From: Kiritimatiellia bacterium
GTDB taxonomy: Bacteria; Verrucomicrobiota; Kiritimatiellia; RFP12; UBA1067
DNA: 64,000 nt
Assembly: GCA_050949565.1 (NCBI GenBank)
Contig: JBMNFY010000017.1
Span: 448,001-512,000 of the forward strand
Direction: 5' to 3'
How positions within the stretch are numbered: the stretch's first letter is position 1; each line of letters starts with the position of its first letter. The position numbers and the translations under genes were made by a program. The notes beneath the pieces were generated by a model that saw nothing but the letters and a program-made list of their open reading frames with translations, was not told the origin of the DNA and ran no database searches. Positions 1 through 10,471 of this stretch are shown piece by piece.

Positions 1-1804
1 ACAGATCCCAGCCGTCCTTGGTCCCCTCGCCCGGACGTGCCCGTTTCAGGCCGCGGTCGTCAAGATGCAGCGCGGAGGTGCACTCGATAAAGAGATTGTT
101 GCGGATCGTGTTGTAGCGCCCGCCACCGACAAACGCCGACCAGCCGGTACGGAAAAACAGGTTGTCGCAGACCGTTTCACCGCTATCGCAGTCATCCAGA
201 TAGACACCCATGACCATCACGCTCTCTTTGAGCGGCTCATAGTCTGGCGACAACCCCTGCGCTTTCTGCCACGCCACCCCCGGCTGTCCGAAGTGGTGGA
301 AATAATTGCAGCGGATGACCGTCCCCTGCGACCCCCAGTCGCGCCCCGTGTAGAGACCGCCGCCGTCACCGCTCTCCATCATCGCCGAGTGGACCTCGTT
401 ATACTCGAACACATGGTCATTGCCACCGTATGCGACCGCGATGTAGGGCGAATCGTGAATCAGATTGTGCGCGATGCGCACGCCGACCCCATGAAAAACC
501 AAGCACTTCCCCTGCGTGCGCTGCAACCGTCCGCAATGGTGCAGGTGGCAGTTCGTAACGAAATGACCGCAACCGACCAGCGTCTTCCTGTCGCCGCCGC
601 TGACCATCACACATGTGCCGCCCGTGCCGTAGACCTCACACCCGTCCAACCCGCAGTTACGTCCGCCACCGACGTTGATGCCGTCGATCGTGATATGCGT
701 CACGCGCAACCCTTTCAGCAGCACGTTCTCGCACCCTTCAACCGAAACCGCACGCCCGGTGCTGAAGGCGAACTGAAGCCCTTCCAGCCTGACATGGGCC
801 GTCTTGACCAGATGGATCAACGGTTTTTTCTGCACCGCCAAAACCACGGCATCAACCGCGCCGTCCGGCGGATAAAAATAGAGCATACGGTTTTCCCGAT
901 CCACATACCATTCGCCCGGCGCGTCGAGTTCTTCGAGCAGATTGAAAACATAATAACGGCGTTTGGCCGTATGCCATTTGGACGAGTTGCCGATGCCGTA
1001 CGTGTGGATACCTGCCGAAGTGATCCAGCGCTTGGCGGTGTCGATCGCGCCGATCTTGAGCGTCTCGTTGGCCCAGTCATGACACCAGAAGCCGTTCATC
1101 CATACCCCTTTGTCGACGCGCCAACGTGACGGCGCGTCACCCTCATATTCGAACGTGCCGCCTTTGTAGCCATGCTCCCATTCACCGGTCGCCTTGTCGA
1201 CCGGCTTGACGCCGCGATCAATGACCTTGACGATCTCCATCCAGCCGGTATTCGGCCAACGTGCCAGACGCATCGCCTTGCCGCCGCTGAAGAGCTCCAT
1301 CTCGCGCCAGCCGCTGAACTTGTCCGGCAGGGGCTCCAAGGCTTCCACCCCCACACTTGCGAGGTCAAACACCACGACATGGTCGCGTGCGGCCTCGGGC
1401 AAGCGGGCGCGCGTCTCGGCGTCCGTCACCTTGCGGAATCCCGTCGGCGGCAACGCATAACCGCCCGTGACCATAGCCCCGCTCGCGCCGGCCCGGACCA
1501 CCACCGGCGCATCAGGCCCAGTACCGCCATCTTGCGCTTCCAGCACCAAGTTTTGGGTCGCCAGCGAAAAGTTGCCGGACACCTCGATGACCACGCCCCG
1601 CTCTGGAAAAGCATCCGCCTTTTTCAGGGCGCGCACGGCGTCGCGCGCCCGCGCCAGCGATGCAAACGGCTTCGCTTTCGATCCGTCATGAAGATCATTA
1701 CCGCGTTGCGCATCCACGTACAGCAACTGCTGCGCCTGACAAGTCATCGCTGCGAACATCGCCAGCGCACTGGCCGCCACTACTCGCATCACCCTCTTAT
1801 CCAT
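1..1804 (-). CDS. Secreted right-handed parallel beta-helix repeat protein (polysaccharide lyase/hydrolase-like); 3' end lies outside the window
   Basis: Missing from the ORF track because it runs off the edge. Manual reading from ATG 1804 (GGAG RBS upstream) gives MDKRVMRVVAASALAMFAAMTCQAQQLLYVDAQRGNDLHDGSKAKPFASLARARDAVRALKK, a signal peptide plus the GND..DGS...PFASL.RAR motif typical of this family. The plus-strand ORFs 65-1129 and 1172-1879 are its antisense shadows. Confidence 0.85.
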   Translation of the reverse strand, partial: MDKRVMRVVAASALAMFAAMTCQAQQLLYVDAQRGNDLHDGSKAKPFASLARARDAVRALKKADAFPERGVVIEVSGNFSLATQNLVLEAQDGGTGPDAPVVVRAGASGAMVTGGYALPPTGFRKVTDAETRARLPEAARDHVVVFDLASVGVEALEPLPDKFSGWREMELFSGGKAMRLARWPNTGWMEIVKVIDRGVKPVDKATGEWEHGYKGGTFEYEGDAPSRWRVDKGVWMNGFWCHDWANETLKIGAIDTAKRWITSAGIHTYGIGNSSKWHTAKRRYYVFNLLEELDAPGEWYVDRENRMLYFYPPDGAVDAVVLAVQKKPLIHLVKTAHVRLEGLQFAFSTGRAVSVEGCENVLLKGLRVTHITIDGINVGGGRNCGLDGCEVYGTGGTCVMVSGGDRKTLVGCGHFVTNCHLHHCGRLQRTQGKCLVFHGVGVRIAHNLIHDSPYIAVAYGGNDHVFEYNEVHSAMMESGDGGGLYTGRDWGSQGTVIRCNYFHHFGQPGVAWQKAQGLSPDYEPLKESVMVMGVYLDDCDSGETVCDNLFFRTGWSAFVGGGRYNTIRNNLFIECTSALHLDDRGLKRARPGEGTKDGWDL

Positions 1805-1895
1805 GCTCCCCCCTTTGCTACCGTCCCCGGCTCGTCACTTACCGACACCGGTATTGTTAGCACAAAGGGCCGCAGATAGCGAGTGGGTATTGACC

Positions 1896-4800
1896 CTATC
1901 TAACAAAGATGAGCAATCCCGCGACATGCCAGGGGATCTCATCCGCAGCGAAACCGATCTCGCCCATCGGGGTGAGATCGTGCTTGTCCGCGCCGTTCGC
2001 CACGCCGTCCAAAAGCCCCGCTGCCCCGCCGTCAAGCGACCAGCAGCCGATGAGTCCCGCCTCCGTTCCGCTCACGGGATGGCTGCGTGTGCACGCGACC
2101 TCCTGCTCGGTGATGGCGCGATTCCACAGCGTCGCGTAGGCAAGCGCGCCCTTCAGCGGGAACTGGTTGTTGCGCATGCCAAGCGTCACGGGGGTGTTCC
2201 ATGTAAGCGAGGGATCGACCATCGCTGCCGGGTCGGTGCAGGCATCCACGACCCTGCCGTCCAGATAGAGACGCGCCACGCCTGCGCCGAGGTCGTACGT
2301 GCAAGCGAGATGGTGCCACTTGCCGTCCGTCCTGAGCGTTTCCGCACTTGTACGCAGGTAGGTCCTCTGGTTCTCCTTGTCGCGGATCTGGACCGAAAGT
2401 GTATAGCGGCCGTCCGCCGTCCGAACGACGTAACAGGCGACCCCCGGCTGATCACCGAGCGCCCCTTGGGAGAAAAGTGTGCCGTATCTCTCCCCGTCCG
2501 CCCCGAATCTCCCGGCATCTGGATTCTTCGTCCAGACGGTGAACGAGAAGTTCGTGAGATTCCAGAAGCAGGTGTTGGCGCTGAGGCCGGCAGACTGGCT
2601 GACGCTCAGGAAATGCGGGATACCCACCTCACCGCCCATCCCGTGCAGGAATGGCGCATCGCCCGCTGACGGGAAAAAGGCCTCGGACACGAGATCGTAG
2701 AGTCCCGACAGACCGTCCGCGATGCGGTAGCACGGCACGAAGTTCCGCAGGAGTTGTCCGTCCTGCCAGATGTAAGCCGCATATAGCTTGCCGGAACCGT
2801 ACTCAGCGGCGGTGCCGCCCGCCCGCATCAACTCAATCGGCGCGGACGAAGTCTGGGTGCGCGAACGCGCGAGCGAAACCTGCTTCACGCCGTTTACGTA
2901 AAAGGCGTCGCCGTGCGAGTCGAGCGTCAACGCCGTCCGGTTCCCAAGGGACGGCACCGCAGTGCCGGACGACCACAAACCGGCGGTATCGACGGCGGGA
3001 TCATACGGGCCGTCCGTGCAGCAGCAGGCCCAGCGGCCGCTGTCGTTGACATAGGTCTCGAAGAAGAGGTCGTCCGCCGTGACGTCCGACGGCTCCGTGG
3101 CGCGCGCGGCAAACACGCGCTGCTGGCCCGTGGCCGAGTGAGGTGTGAATTCCACCGTCACCGTGGTGTTCGAGCCGGCGGTGACACCCGTCGCGATGTG
3201 CTGCGCGCCGGTGGCGATGATGCCGTCCAGTTGCCGGTACGCGGCGGGCAGCGCGGCGTCGTACGTGGTGATGTCATAGGAGAAGTTGCCCGATCCCGCG
3301 TTCGTGAAGAAGCGTCCGCTCACGCGGTCCAGCAAGCCGCCCGCGAGGTCGAAGGCGCGGTAGCACGGCACGAAGTCGCGCACCAGCGTTTGGCCGTCCC
3401 AGATCTTCCACCCGAAGACGCGCATCCCGAAGACGGTGATCGGCGTCACAAGTCCGTCAGAGCCACGCTTACCGAAAATGCACATTGAGTTGACGGAGTG
3501 CGTGGTGGTCTTGGGCAGGGCAGTCATAGTGGTCGGGCCGTATTGAACGGCACCTGTCCCGGCGTTCACGGTGAACGTACTGCGTACGGTGCGCGTGGTG
3601 ATGACCATTTTCCTGATGGCGGCACTCTGGCCATACGTCTTCTCGAACCAGGTGAAAAACACGTCGTTCTGGTCCCACTCCGCGCCGAAATTCATGGAAA
3701 ACTCGGCAAGGCCGTTGTTTTCCGCGCAGCCGAAGGGCGACGTCCCCACTCTGGAACCAGCCGCCCCGGCGAAGAGAAGCTCGGCCTCCATCCGCGTGTT
3801 CGGATTGGGGTAGTACTCCGTGTCAATGTACTGGGTGCCCGAAGACTGGATGTACTCGACCAGACGGTAGGCATTTGACGAGCAGATCAGGAACGGAACT
3901 GAGATCGTATGGCTGGACCAGTCGTTGAGTCCCGTGACCGTGACGGTGGCATAGCCGGCACGGTCGTTTGCCGTATAGGAAAGCTCATAGTCGGTGTCCT
4001 TCACAAGCCGCTGCTCGGTGGCCGGGTCCACCACGACTGGATCAGGCTCACAGGCGTAGACGCCGTCGAAGGTCTGGTCCGGCACAGGCTTAACAAGGAA
4101 CGGGACATCCGTATCCCCGAGAAAACGGATGCGGTCGATCAGCGCGTTACGTTCCAATTCGTACTGCGTGAGGACACGGTCATACACGCGGATCGCGTGG
4201 AGGCGGATGTCCGCGCGGATGTTGCCGAAAAAGACGAAGTTGGTGTTCCAAGCCGTGGTATAGTAGTCGTTCATGTCGATCGTGTTCTGCACGCCGTCCA
4301 TCCGGAGGATGCTCGTTCCCGTGCTGTTGCCGAAAACAACGGAAACGGTGTGCATCTCATCGGCCAGAGCGGCGGGACGCCAGCTCATCAGGCGCAATGT
4401 CGATTTGGACTCGGGGCCGAAGTAGAAAAAGCCGTTCGTTTCGTTAAACCGGTAGCCCACGGTGCCGCGCGGCGTGTTGAAAGCATGCTGGAGATTGTGA
4501 TAATTGTCGGTATAGTACCACTGGGCACGCTGCATCACGACCTCCACGGTGAACGGCGGATCGTTGGTCCCGTGGTTGAGGCCGTTCAACTTGGAAAGTT
4601 CCGGGCGTTTCCCCGTCTTGGAACCATTGATCGCACTATTTGGCAGGTTGGTGATGACGCTGGAGTAGAGGGCGTTGCTCTCCACCGCGACGTAGTCCGG
4701 CAGCCAGCCGTCGTTTGCCTGTCCTGAGAGGTCGCACCAGTTTGTGGCGGCGGGATCGTGGAAACGCACGCCGTTCGTCATCGTGTTGTCGATGCCGTCC

Positions 4801-4963
4801 CAATGCGCCTTCAGCCCTGCCTGCACGTACGCCGTTGATCCTACTGTGTTCGCCGCGCCCGCGAGGCACACCAGCGCCGCGAAACACGCCAGCACGCCTC
4901 TTTTTAAGGGAACGGACAAGAAAGGGTGAACCGGGGCCCGGTGTGAGTCTTCATCAGTGTCAT
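1896..4963 (-). CDS. Large secreted multi-domain protein (concanavalin A/LamG-like domains, Ig-like repeat); start uncertain, possible 5' frameshift
   Basis: About 1000 aa ORF with a hydrophobic signal-like N-region, two internal repeats (EYIQSSGTQYIDT...RDFVPCYR and GIIATGAQHIAT...RNFVPCYR), a C-terminal LamG (DGKWHHLACTYD...LYLDG) and the ending GLLIFVR. The best RBS (GAGGAGG) and ATG at 4963 are out of frame with the gene body. Confidence 0.8.
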
Positions 4964-5042
4964 GCTCGCCTCCTCGTAGTCTGTGCTGTTGGACAGCCAA
5001 GTTTTTAACCAGTTTTAAACGATTTCCAATCGAAGACAGTGT

Positions 5043-5113
5043 GAGTATCGCAGAAAAAAGAAATCCTGACTATTGCGTTTTTCAACAAATTGAGTGCGAA
5101 ATCAAACAATTTA
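5043..5113 (-). promoter_or_regulatory. Conserved operator plus -10 element (candidate AraC/XylR-type activator site), copy 1
   Basis: ATTGCGTTTTTCAACAAATTGAGTGCGAAATCAAACAATTTA (5072-5113) is nearly identical to 19893-19935. A minus-strand GATACT -10-like hexamer lies at the same spacing. Confidence 0.65.
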
Positions 5114-5129
5114 CAGCGGAGGGAGAGGT

Positions 5130-5400
5130 GGCACTGCTCGGGGTTTCTAATCCACAGATTCCACAGATGTTTTTGGAGGGCATTGCTCGGCCTTTGGGAA
5201 ACCACAGAGAACACAGAGGGCACAGAGTTTTTTCGCTCAACTTTAAACGCTCAACGCTCAAGTGGGCGGCGCATGCGCCGCCGGACAGGCCAGACGCTTG
5301 CTCCCGGCGCTCCGCAATGAAACCATCCTTCTGCACAGCGGAAGGCGGCTCGTGGGGACACTCGCCCTCCAACCTTCGCGTCTTCGCGCCTTCGCGTTAA
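5130..5400. repeat. Modular intergenic repeat mosaic (triplicated motifs, linker, REP-like hairpins)
   Basis: Contains CCACAGATTCCACAGAT, CCACAGAGAACACAGAGGGCACAGAG, CTCAACTTTAAACGCTCAACGCTCAA and GGCGGCTCGTGGGGACACTCGCCCTCC. These modules or close variants recur at 10.5, 13.1, 14.8, 30, 36.4, 41.2, 45.6 and 54.3 kb. Confidence 0.85.
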
Positions 5401-7449
5401 ATAAACCCGAACCATGAAACACATGAAACTTCATGAAAATCGGGGGCTCGCCTTGGCGTTCCAAAGAAACCGAGCAATGCCCCCTCAAAAAACCTCTGCG
5501 TCTCTGCGCCTTCGCGTTAAATAAACCCGAACCATGAAACACATGAAACTTCATGAAAATCGGGGGCTCGCCTTGGCGTTCCAAAGAAACCGAGCAATGC
5601 CCCCTCAAAAAACCTCTGCGTCTCTGCGCCTCTGCGTTAAATAAGCCCGAACCATGAAACACATGAAACTTCATGAAAATCGGGGGCTCGCCTTGGCGTT
5701 CCAAAGAAACCGAGCAATGCCCCCTCAAAAAACCTCTGCGTCTCTGCGCCTTCGCGTTAAATAAACCCGAACCATGAAACACATGAAACTTCATGAAAAT
5801 CGGGGGCTCGCCTTGGCGTTCCAAAGAAACCGAGCAATGCCCCCTCAAAAAACCTCTGCGTCTCTGCGCCTCTGCGTTAAATAAGCCCGAACCATGAAAC
5901 ACATGAAACTTCATGAAAATCGGGGGCTCGCCTTGGCGTTCCAAAGAAACCGAGCAATGCCCCCTCAAAAAACCTCTGCGTCTCTGCGCCTCTGCGTTAA
6001 ATAAGCCCGAACCATGAAACACATGAAACTTCATGAAAATCGGGGGCTCGCCTTGGCGTTCCAAAGAAACCGAGCAATGCCCCCTCAAAAAACCTCTGCG
6101 TCTCTGCGCCTCTGCGTTAAATAAGCCCGAACCATGAAACACATGAAACTTCATGAAAATCGGGGGCTCGCCTTGGCGTTCCAAAGAAACCGAGCAATGC
6201 CCCCTCAAAAAACCTCTGCGTCTCTGCGCCTCTGCGTTAAATAAGCCCGAACCATGAAACACATGAAACTTCATGAAAATCGGGGGCTCGCCTTGGCGTT
6301 CCAAAGAAACCGAGCAATGCCCCCTCAAAAAACCTCTGCGTCTCTGCGCCTTCGCGTTAAATAAACCCGAACCATGAAACACATGAAACTTCATGAAAAT
6401 CGGGGGCTCGCCTTGGCGTTCCAAAGAAACCGAGCAATGCCCCCTCAAAAAACCTCTGCGTCTCTGCGCCTCTGCGTTAAATAAGCCCGAACCATGAAAC
6501 ACATGAAACTTCATGAAAATCGGGGGCTCGCCTTGGCGTTCCAAAGAAACCGAGCAATGCCCCCTCAAAAAACCTCTGCGTCTCTGCGCCTCTGCGTTAA
6601 ATAAACCCGAACCATGAAACACATGAAACTTCATGAAAATCGGGGGCTCGCCTTGGCGTTCCAAAGAAACCGAGCAATGCCCCCTCAAAAAACCTCTGCG
6701 TCTCTGCGCCTCTGCGTTAAATAAGCCCGAACCATGAAACACATGAAACTTCATGAAAATCGGGGGCTCGCCTTGGCGTTCCAAAGAAACCGAGCAATGC
6801 CCCCTCAAAAAACCTCTGCGTCTCTGCGCCTTCGCGTTAAATAAACCCGAACCATGAAACACATGAAACTTCATGAAAATCGGGGGCTCGCCTTGGCGTT
6901 CCAAAGAAACCGAGCAATGCCCCCTCAAAAAACCTCTGCGTCTCTGCGCCTCTGCGTTAAATAAGCCCGAACCATGAAACACATGAAACTTCATGAAAAT
7001 CGGGGGCTCGCCTTGGCGTTCCAAAGAAACCGAGCAATGCCCCCTCAAAAAACCTCTGCGTCTCTGCGCCTCTGCGTTAAATAAGCCCGAACCATGAAAC
7101 ACATGAAACTTCATGAAAATCGGGGGCTCGCCTTGGCGTTCCAAAGAAACCGAGCAATGCCCCCTCAAAAAACCTCTGCGTCTCTGCGCCTCTGCGTTAA
7201 ATAAGCCCGAACCATGAAACACATGAAACTTCATGAAAATCGGGGGCTCGCCTTGGCGTTCCAAAGAAACCGAGCAATGCCCCCTCAAAAAACCTCTGCG
7301 TCTCTGCGCCTTCGCGTTAAATAAACCCGAACCATGAAACACATGAAACTTCATGAAAATCGGGGGCTCGCCTTGGCGTTCCAAAGAAACCGAGCAATGC
7401 CCCCTCAAAAAACCTCTGCGTCTCTGCGCCTCTGCGTTAAATAAGCCCG
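5385..7449. repeat. Tandem array of 17 near-identical 120-bp units with two sequence variants
   Basis: Units start at 5401, 5521 ... 7321 with an exact 120-bp period. They differ only at the junction (TTCGCGTTAAATAAAC versus TCTGCGTTAAATAAGC). Confidence 0.98.
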
Positions 7450-7486
7450 CAGCTATGCCCGAAACCAAAGAGCGTTGAAGGCTGTC

Positions 7487-8932
7487 TTACTTGAACAGCG
7501 CCTTGATCGCATCAAGTGTCTTTTCAACAAAGATCTGCCCGCCCTCCGGTCCAACCGGCGTGGACTGCGGCACAGCGCTGTATCCTCCGCCCTTGACCGC
7601 CCGCTCGGAGGGCAGGTAGGAGTGAGTCACATCCGCCGGACTGGCCAGTTGAACCAGCATCGTCTGCCCGGCCGGGCTGCGCCCGTGGATGCGCATCGCA
7701 TAATCTACGAACAGTTCGAACGGGTTTGTCGCCAACGCCAGATCACCCACGCGCAGAACGTGGATTTCAAGCTTGTTGACCGGTTCGCTCTTCTGCTGCG
7801 CCTCATACCGATCCAACGTCCGCTTGTACCAACGTTTGCGGCTGTACACCCCTGGCTCTTTCTCGTCACGCTTGGCGTAGGACTCATATCCCTTTTTTGC
7901 CTCTTCGTACTCTTGGTCGGTCAGCTTGCGTCCGGGCACTTGGAAACGCTCCACGCGGTGGGCAAACGGCACGTCCGTACGCAGGTCGGAACGGATCGCC
8001 TCCCACGTGTCGTCGAACGCCGCCGCGATCCGGCGCCCCAGCTCCTGCTTGCGCGACAGTTTACGCAAACGCTCCATGCGCGCCTCGGCCGCACCGCGCA
8101 GCATGGGACGCGGCACTTGGTCACCCGCAGGCCCGCAGAAGCCCAAGACCACCAGCCCCTCGCCGTACTTCGCCTTCAGGCGCTCACGAACGTGGTGCCA
8201 ATAGTCGGCGCTCACCTCGTGCAAGCCCTCCACCGTTTGGGAGGGACACGGCACCGCCAGCGCCGCCGCTATCAACCGCTTCTCGGAATCCGTGAAGCAC
8301 AGCACGTCCACGGCGTGGTCCTCCCACCCTTCAAGCCCGCGGAAGTTCGGCGTGTTGAGTTTGCCGTACATCACCGCCGAGCCATCGGCATACACCACGC
8401 GCCGGTTGTGTCCGACCACCGCATGTCCCAGCCCCCATGCTACGGCGCCCGGCTTGCGGCCTTCCCAAGCCTTGGCCACCGTATCGGTCAGCCGATCCAG
8501 CATAAACGGTACGTACTCCTTGGGCTGCATGGCCTCGCCATAATCATTAAAGCGCTCTTGATTGGGCGTCGGACCGGTATGCGTGTGCGTGGCCGCCAAA
8601 ACGAGCATATTGGTGTCAAAACCCGGAAGCCTTGCACCTAGGCGCGCTCGCAGGTCACGCTGAATCTCGAACGGAATCGTCACAAAGTCTAGCGCCACGA
8701 GGATCGCCTGACCCACCGACTTGTCCCCCTCACGCGCCTCCAGCGCCAATATCATCGCCATACACGGACTCTCGACCTTTTTCGATATCCGCTGGTGGAA
8801 TTGTCCCGCGAGCGAAACCGGCCGATCCGGTGTGATCGAAACCTCCGCCGCGCCGACCCACAACTCCGCAGCCTGAACGGCTCCCGCCGCCAAGACCGCC
8901 AACACTGCAACACCCTTGCACATCTGTTTCAT
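7487..8932 (-). CDS. Secreted neutral/alkaline ceramidase-like putative metallo-amidohydrolase, paralog 1
   Basis: Signal peptide, GAAEVSITP, ATHTHTGP, NRR, ATNPFELF and YLPSERAVKGGGYSA motifs; AGGAGG RBS. Confidence 0.85.
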   Translation of the reverse strand: MKQMCKGVAVLAVLAAGAVQAAELWVGAAEVSITPDRPVSLAGQFHQRISKKVESPCMAMILALEAREGDKSVGQAILVALDFVTIPFEIQRDLRARLGARLPGFDTNMLVLAATHTHTGPTPNQERFNDYGEAMQPKEYVPFMLDRLTDTVAKAWEGRKPGAVAWGLGHAVVGHNRRVVYADGSAVMYGKLNTPNFRGLEGWEDHAVDVLCFTDSEKRLIAAALAVPCPSQTVEGLHEVSADYWHHVRERLKAKYGEGLVVLGFCGPAGDQVPRPMLRGAAEARMERLRKLSRKQELGRRIAAAFDDTWEAIRSDLRTDVPFAHRVERFQVPGRKLTDQEYEEAKKGYESYAKRDEKEPGVYSRKRWYKRTLDRYEAQQKSEPVNKLEIHVLRVGDLALATNPFELFVDYAMRIHGRSPAGQTMLVQLASPADVTHSYLPSERAVKGGGYSAVPQSTPVGPEGGQIFVEKTLDAIKALFK

Positions 8933-8970
8933 TACGCCTCCTTTATTTGATCGTCACAAAAACACGTTTC

Positions 8971-10422
8971 TTACTTTTTGAACAGCGCACCGATAACCTC
9001 CAGCGTGCGCTCCACCAGCACCTGACCACCCTCGGGACCGACCAGACTAGACTCTGGCACGGCGCTGTAACCGCCGCCTTTGACGGCACGCTCCGAAGGC
9101 AGGTAGGTCGATGCATCTACCGGGCTGGCCAACTGAACCAACATGGTCTGGCCGGCCGGGCTGCGCGCCTGAATGCGCATCCCGTAATCCAGATACAACT
9201 CAAACGGGTTGGTGGCGATCGCGAGATCACCCAATCGAATCGCGTGCAGTTCGACAGCATAGCGCTTCGCCCCGTCCTTCGACTGTCCATCGTAACGCTC
9301 CACCGTTCGCTTGTACCAATTTTTACGCGCAGGCTCGCCGCCCACAAGTTTCTCTTTGGCAGCCAGCGCCGCGAGTTGCTGCTTCGCGGTCGCGTACTCT
9401 TGATCGGTGATATTCCTGACGGGCAGATCAAACCGCTCCACGCGGTGCGCAAACACAACATCCGCGCGCACATCACTCTGCACAACCTCCCATGTGGATT
9501 CGTACGCATCGATCACCCTGCGCGCCACCTCCTGACGCCGACTCAATTTACGCATCTGTTCCATGCGCGCCTCGGCAGGCTTGCGCAACATGGGGCGCGG
9601 CACAAGATCGCCAGCCGGACCGCAGAGCCCCAGCACGACAAACTCTTCGCCGAACCGCTGACGCAACCCGTCACGCACATCACCCCAGAAATCCGCGTGG
9701 ACCCGCGACAAGCCCTCGTCGACTTGGGCCGGACACGCCACCGCGATCATCGTTGCCAGCGGCCGCCGGTCGGCATTCAGGAAAAAGACCACATCAACGG
9801 CATGGTCTTCGCCGCCTTCGAGCCCGAGGAACTCCGGTTTAGCCGTCGTCCCATACATCACGGATGAGCCGTCCGCATACATCGCCCTACGGTTCTGACT
9901 GGTCACCGCGTGACCCAGCCCCCACGCCACCGATCCGCGTGCGCGCCCCTCCCACGCTTTCGCCGCCGCTGCCGCCACCCGGTCAAAGAAAAAGGCAACG
10001 TATTCTTCAGGCGGCATCGCGTTACCCAAATCGTCGTACCATCCCTGATCAAGCGCAGGTCCCGTATGCGTGTGCGTAGCGGTCAAGAAGAGCTTCCCGG
10101 TATCAAACCCTTTCAGCCGATCTCCCAAATACGCGCGCAACCGCTGCTGAATGTCCTGCGGCACATAACACACGTCGCAGGCAATCATCATCGCACAATC
10201 GGTCGCCTGACCGTTTTCGCGCGCTTCAATCGCCAGCACATTCGCTTTGCAGCGGCTCAGAACCTGTTTGGGATCGGCCACGCGAACATGGAACTGTCCG
10301 GTCAACGAGACCGGACGATCCGGCGTGATATCGGCTTCCGCCGCACCGATCCACAACTCAGCGGCAACTCCCGCCTTAACGATTCCCACCGCCAGCGCAA
10401 CAAAAGTGATCCATCTCTTCAT
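8971..10422 (-). CDS. Secreted ceramidase-like putative amidohydrolase, paralog 2
   Basis: Same motif set. Start MKRWITF at 10422 follows a GAGGAGG RBS. Confidence 0.85.
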   Translation of the reverse strand: MKRWITFVALAVGIVKAGVAAELWIGAAEADITPDRPVSLTGQFHVRVADPKQVLSRCKANVLAIEARENGQATDCAMMIACDVCYVPQDIQQRLRAYLGDRLKGFDTGKLFLTATHTHTGPALDQGWYDDLGNAMPPEEYVAFFFDRVAAAAAKAWEGRARGSVAWGLGHAVTSQNRRAMYADGSSVMYGTTAKPEFLGLEGGEDHAVDVVFFLNADRRPLATMIAVACPAQVDEGLSRVHADFWGDVRDGLRQRFGEEFVVLGLCGPAGDLVPRPMLRKPAEARMEQMRKLSRRQEVARRVIDAYESTWEVVQSDVRADVVFAHRVERFDLPVRNITDQEYATAKQQLAALAAKEKLVGGEPARKNWYKRTVERYDGQSKDGAKRYAVELHAIRLGDLAIATNPFELYLDYGMRIQARSPAGQTMLVQLASPVDASTYLPSERAVKGGGYSAVPESSLVGPEGGQVLVERTLEVIGALFKK

Positions 10423-10471
10423 GGCTACCTCCTCAAAAAACCAACGCGGGCGAAGCCCGCGACCCAAGTTA

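Noticed and set aside
65-1879. Plus-strand ORFs 65-1129 and 1172-1879, and similar long antisense ORFs (7475-8641, 10826-12274, 15121-16548, 19978-21408, 31365-33023, 47384-48604, 61285-62448, 62677-63912)
   Set aside because: They are antisense shadows of real genes caused by high GC3 and show no family motifs.
5385-7449. CRISPR array
   Set aside because: No unique spacers, the units are identical, and no cas genes are in the window.
5258-7468. 736-aa ORF of 40-aa repeats
   Set aside because: It is a by-product of a stop-free 120-bp unit. There is no convincing RBS or start, and the same modules are non-coding elsewhere. Translation cannot be strictly excluded.
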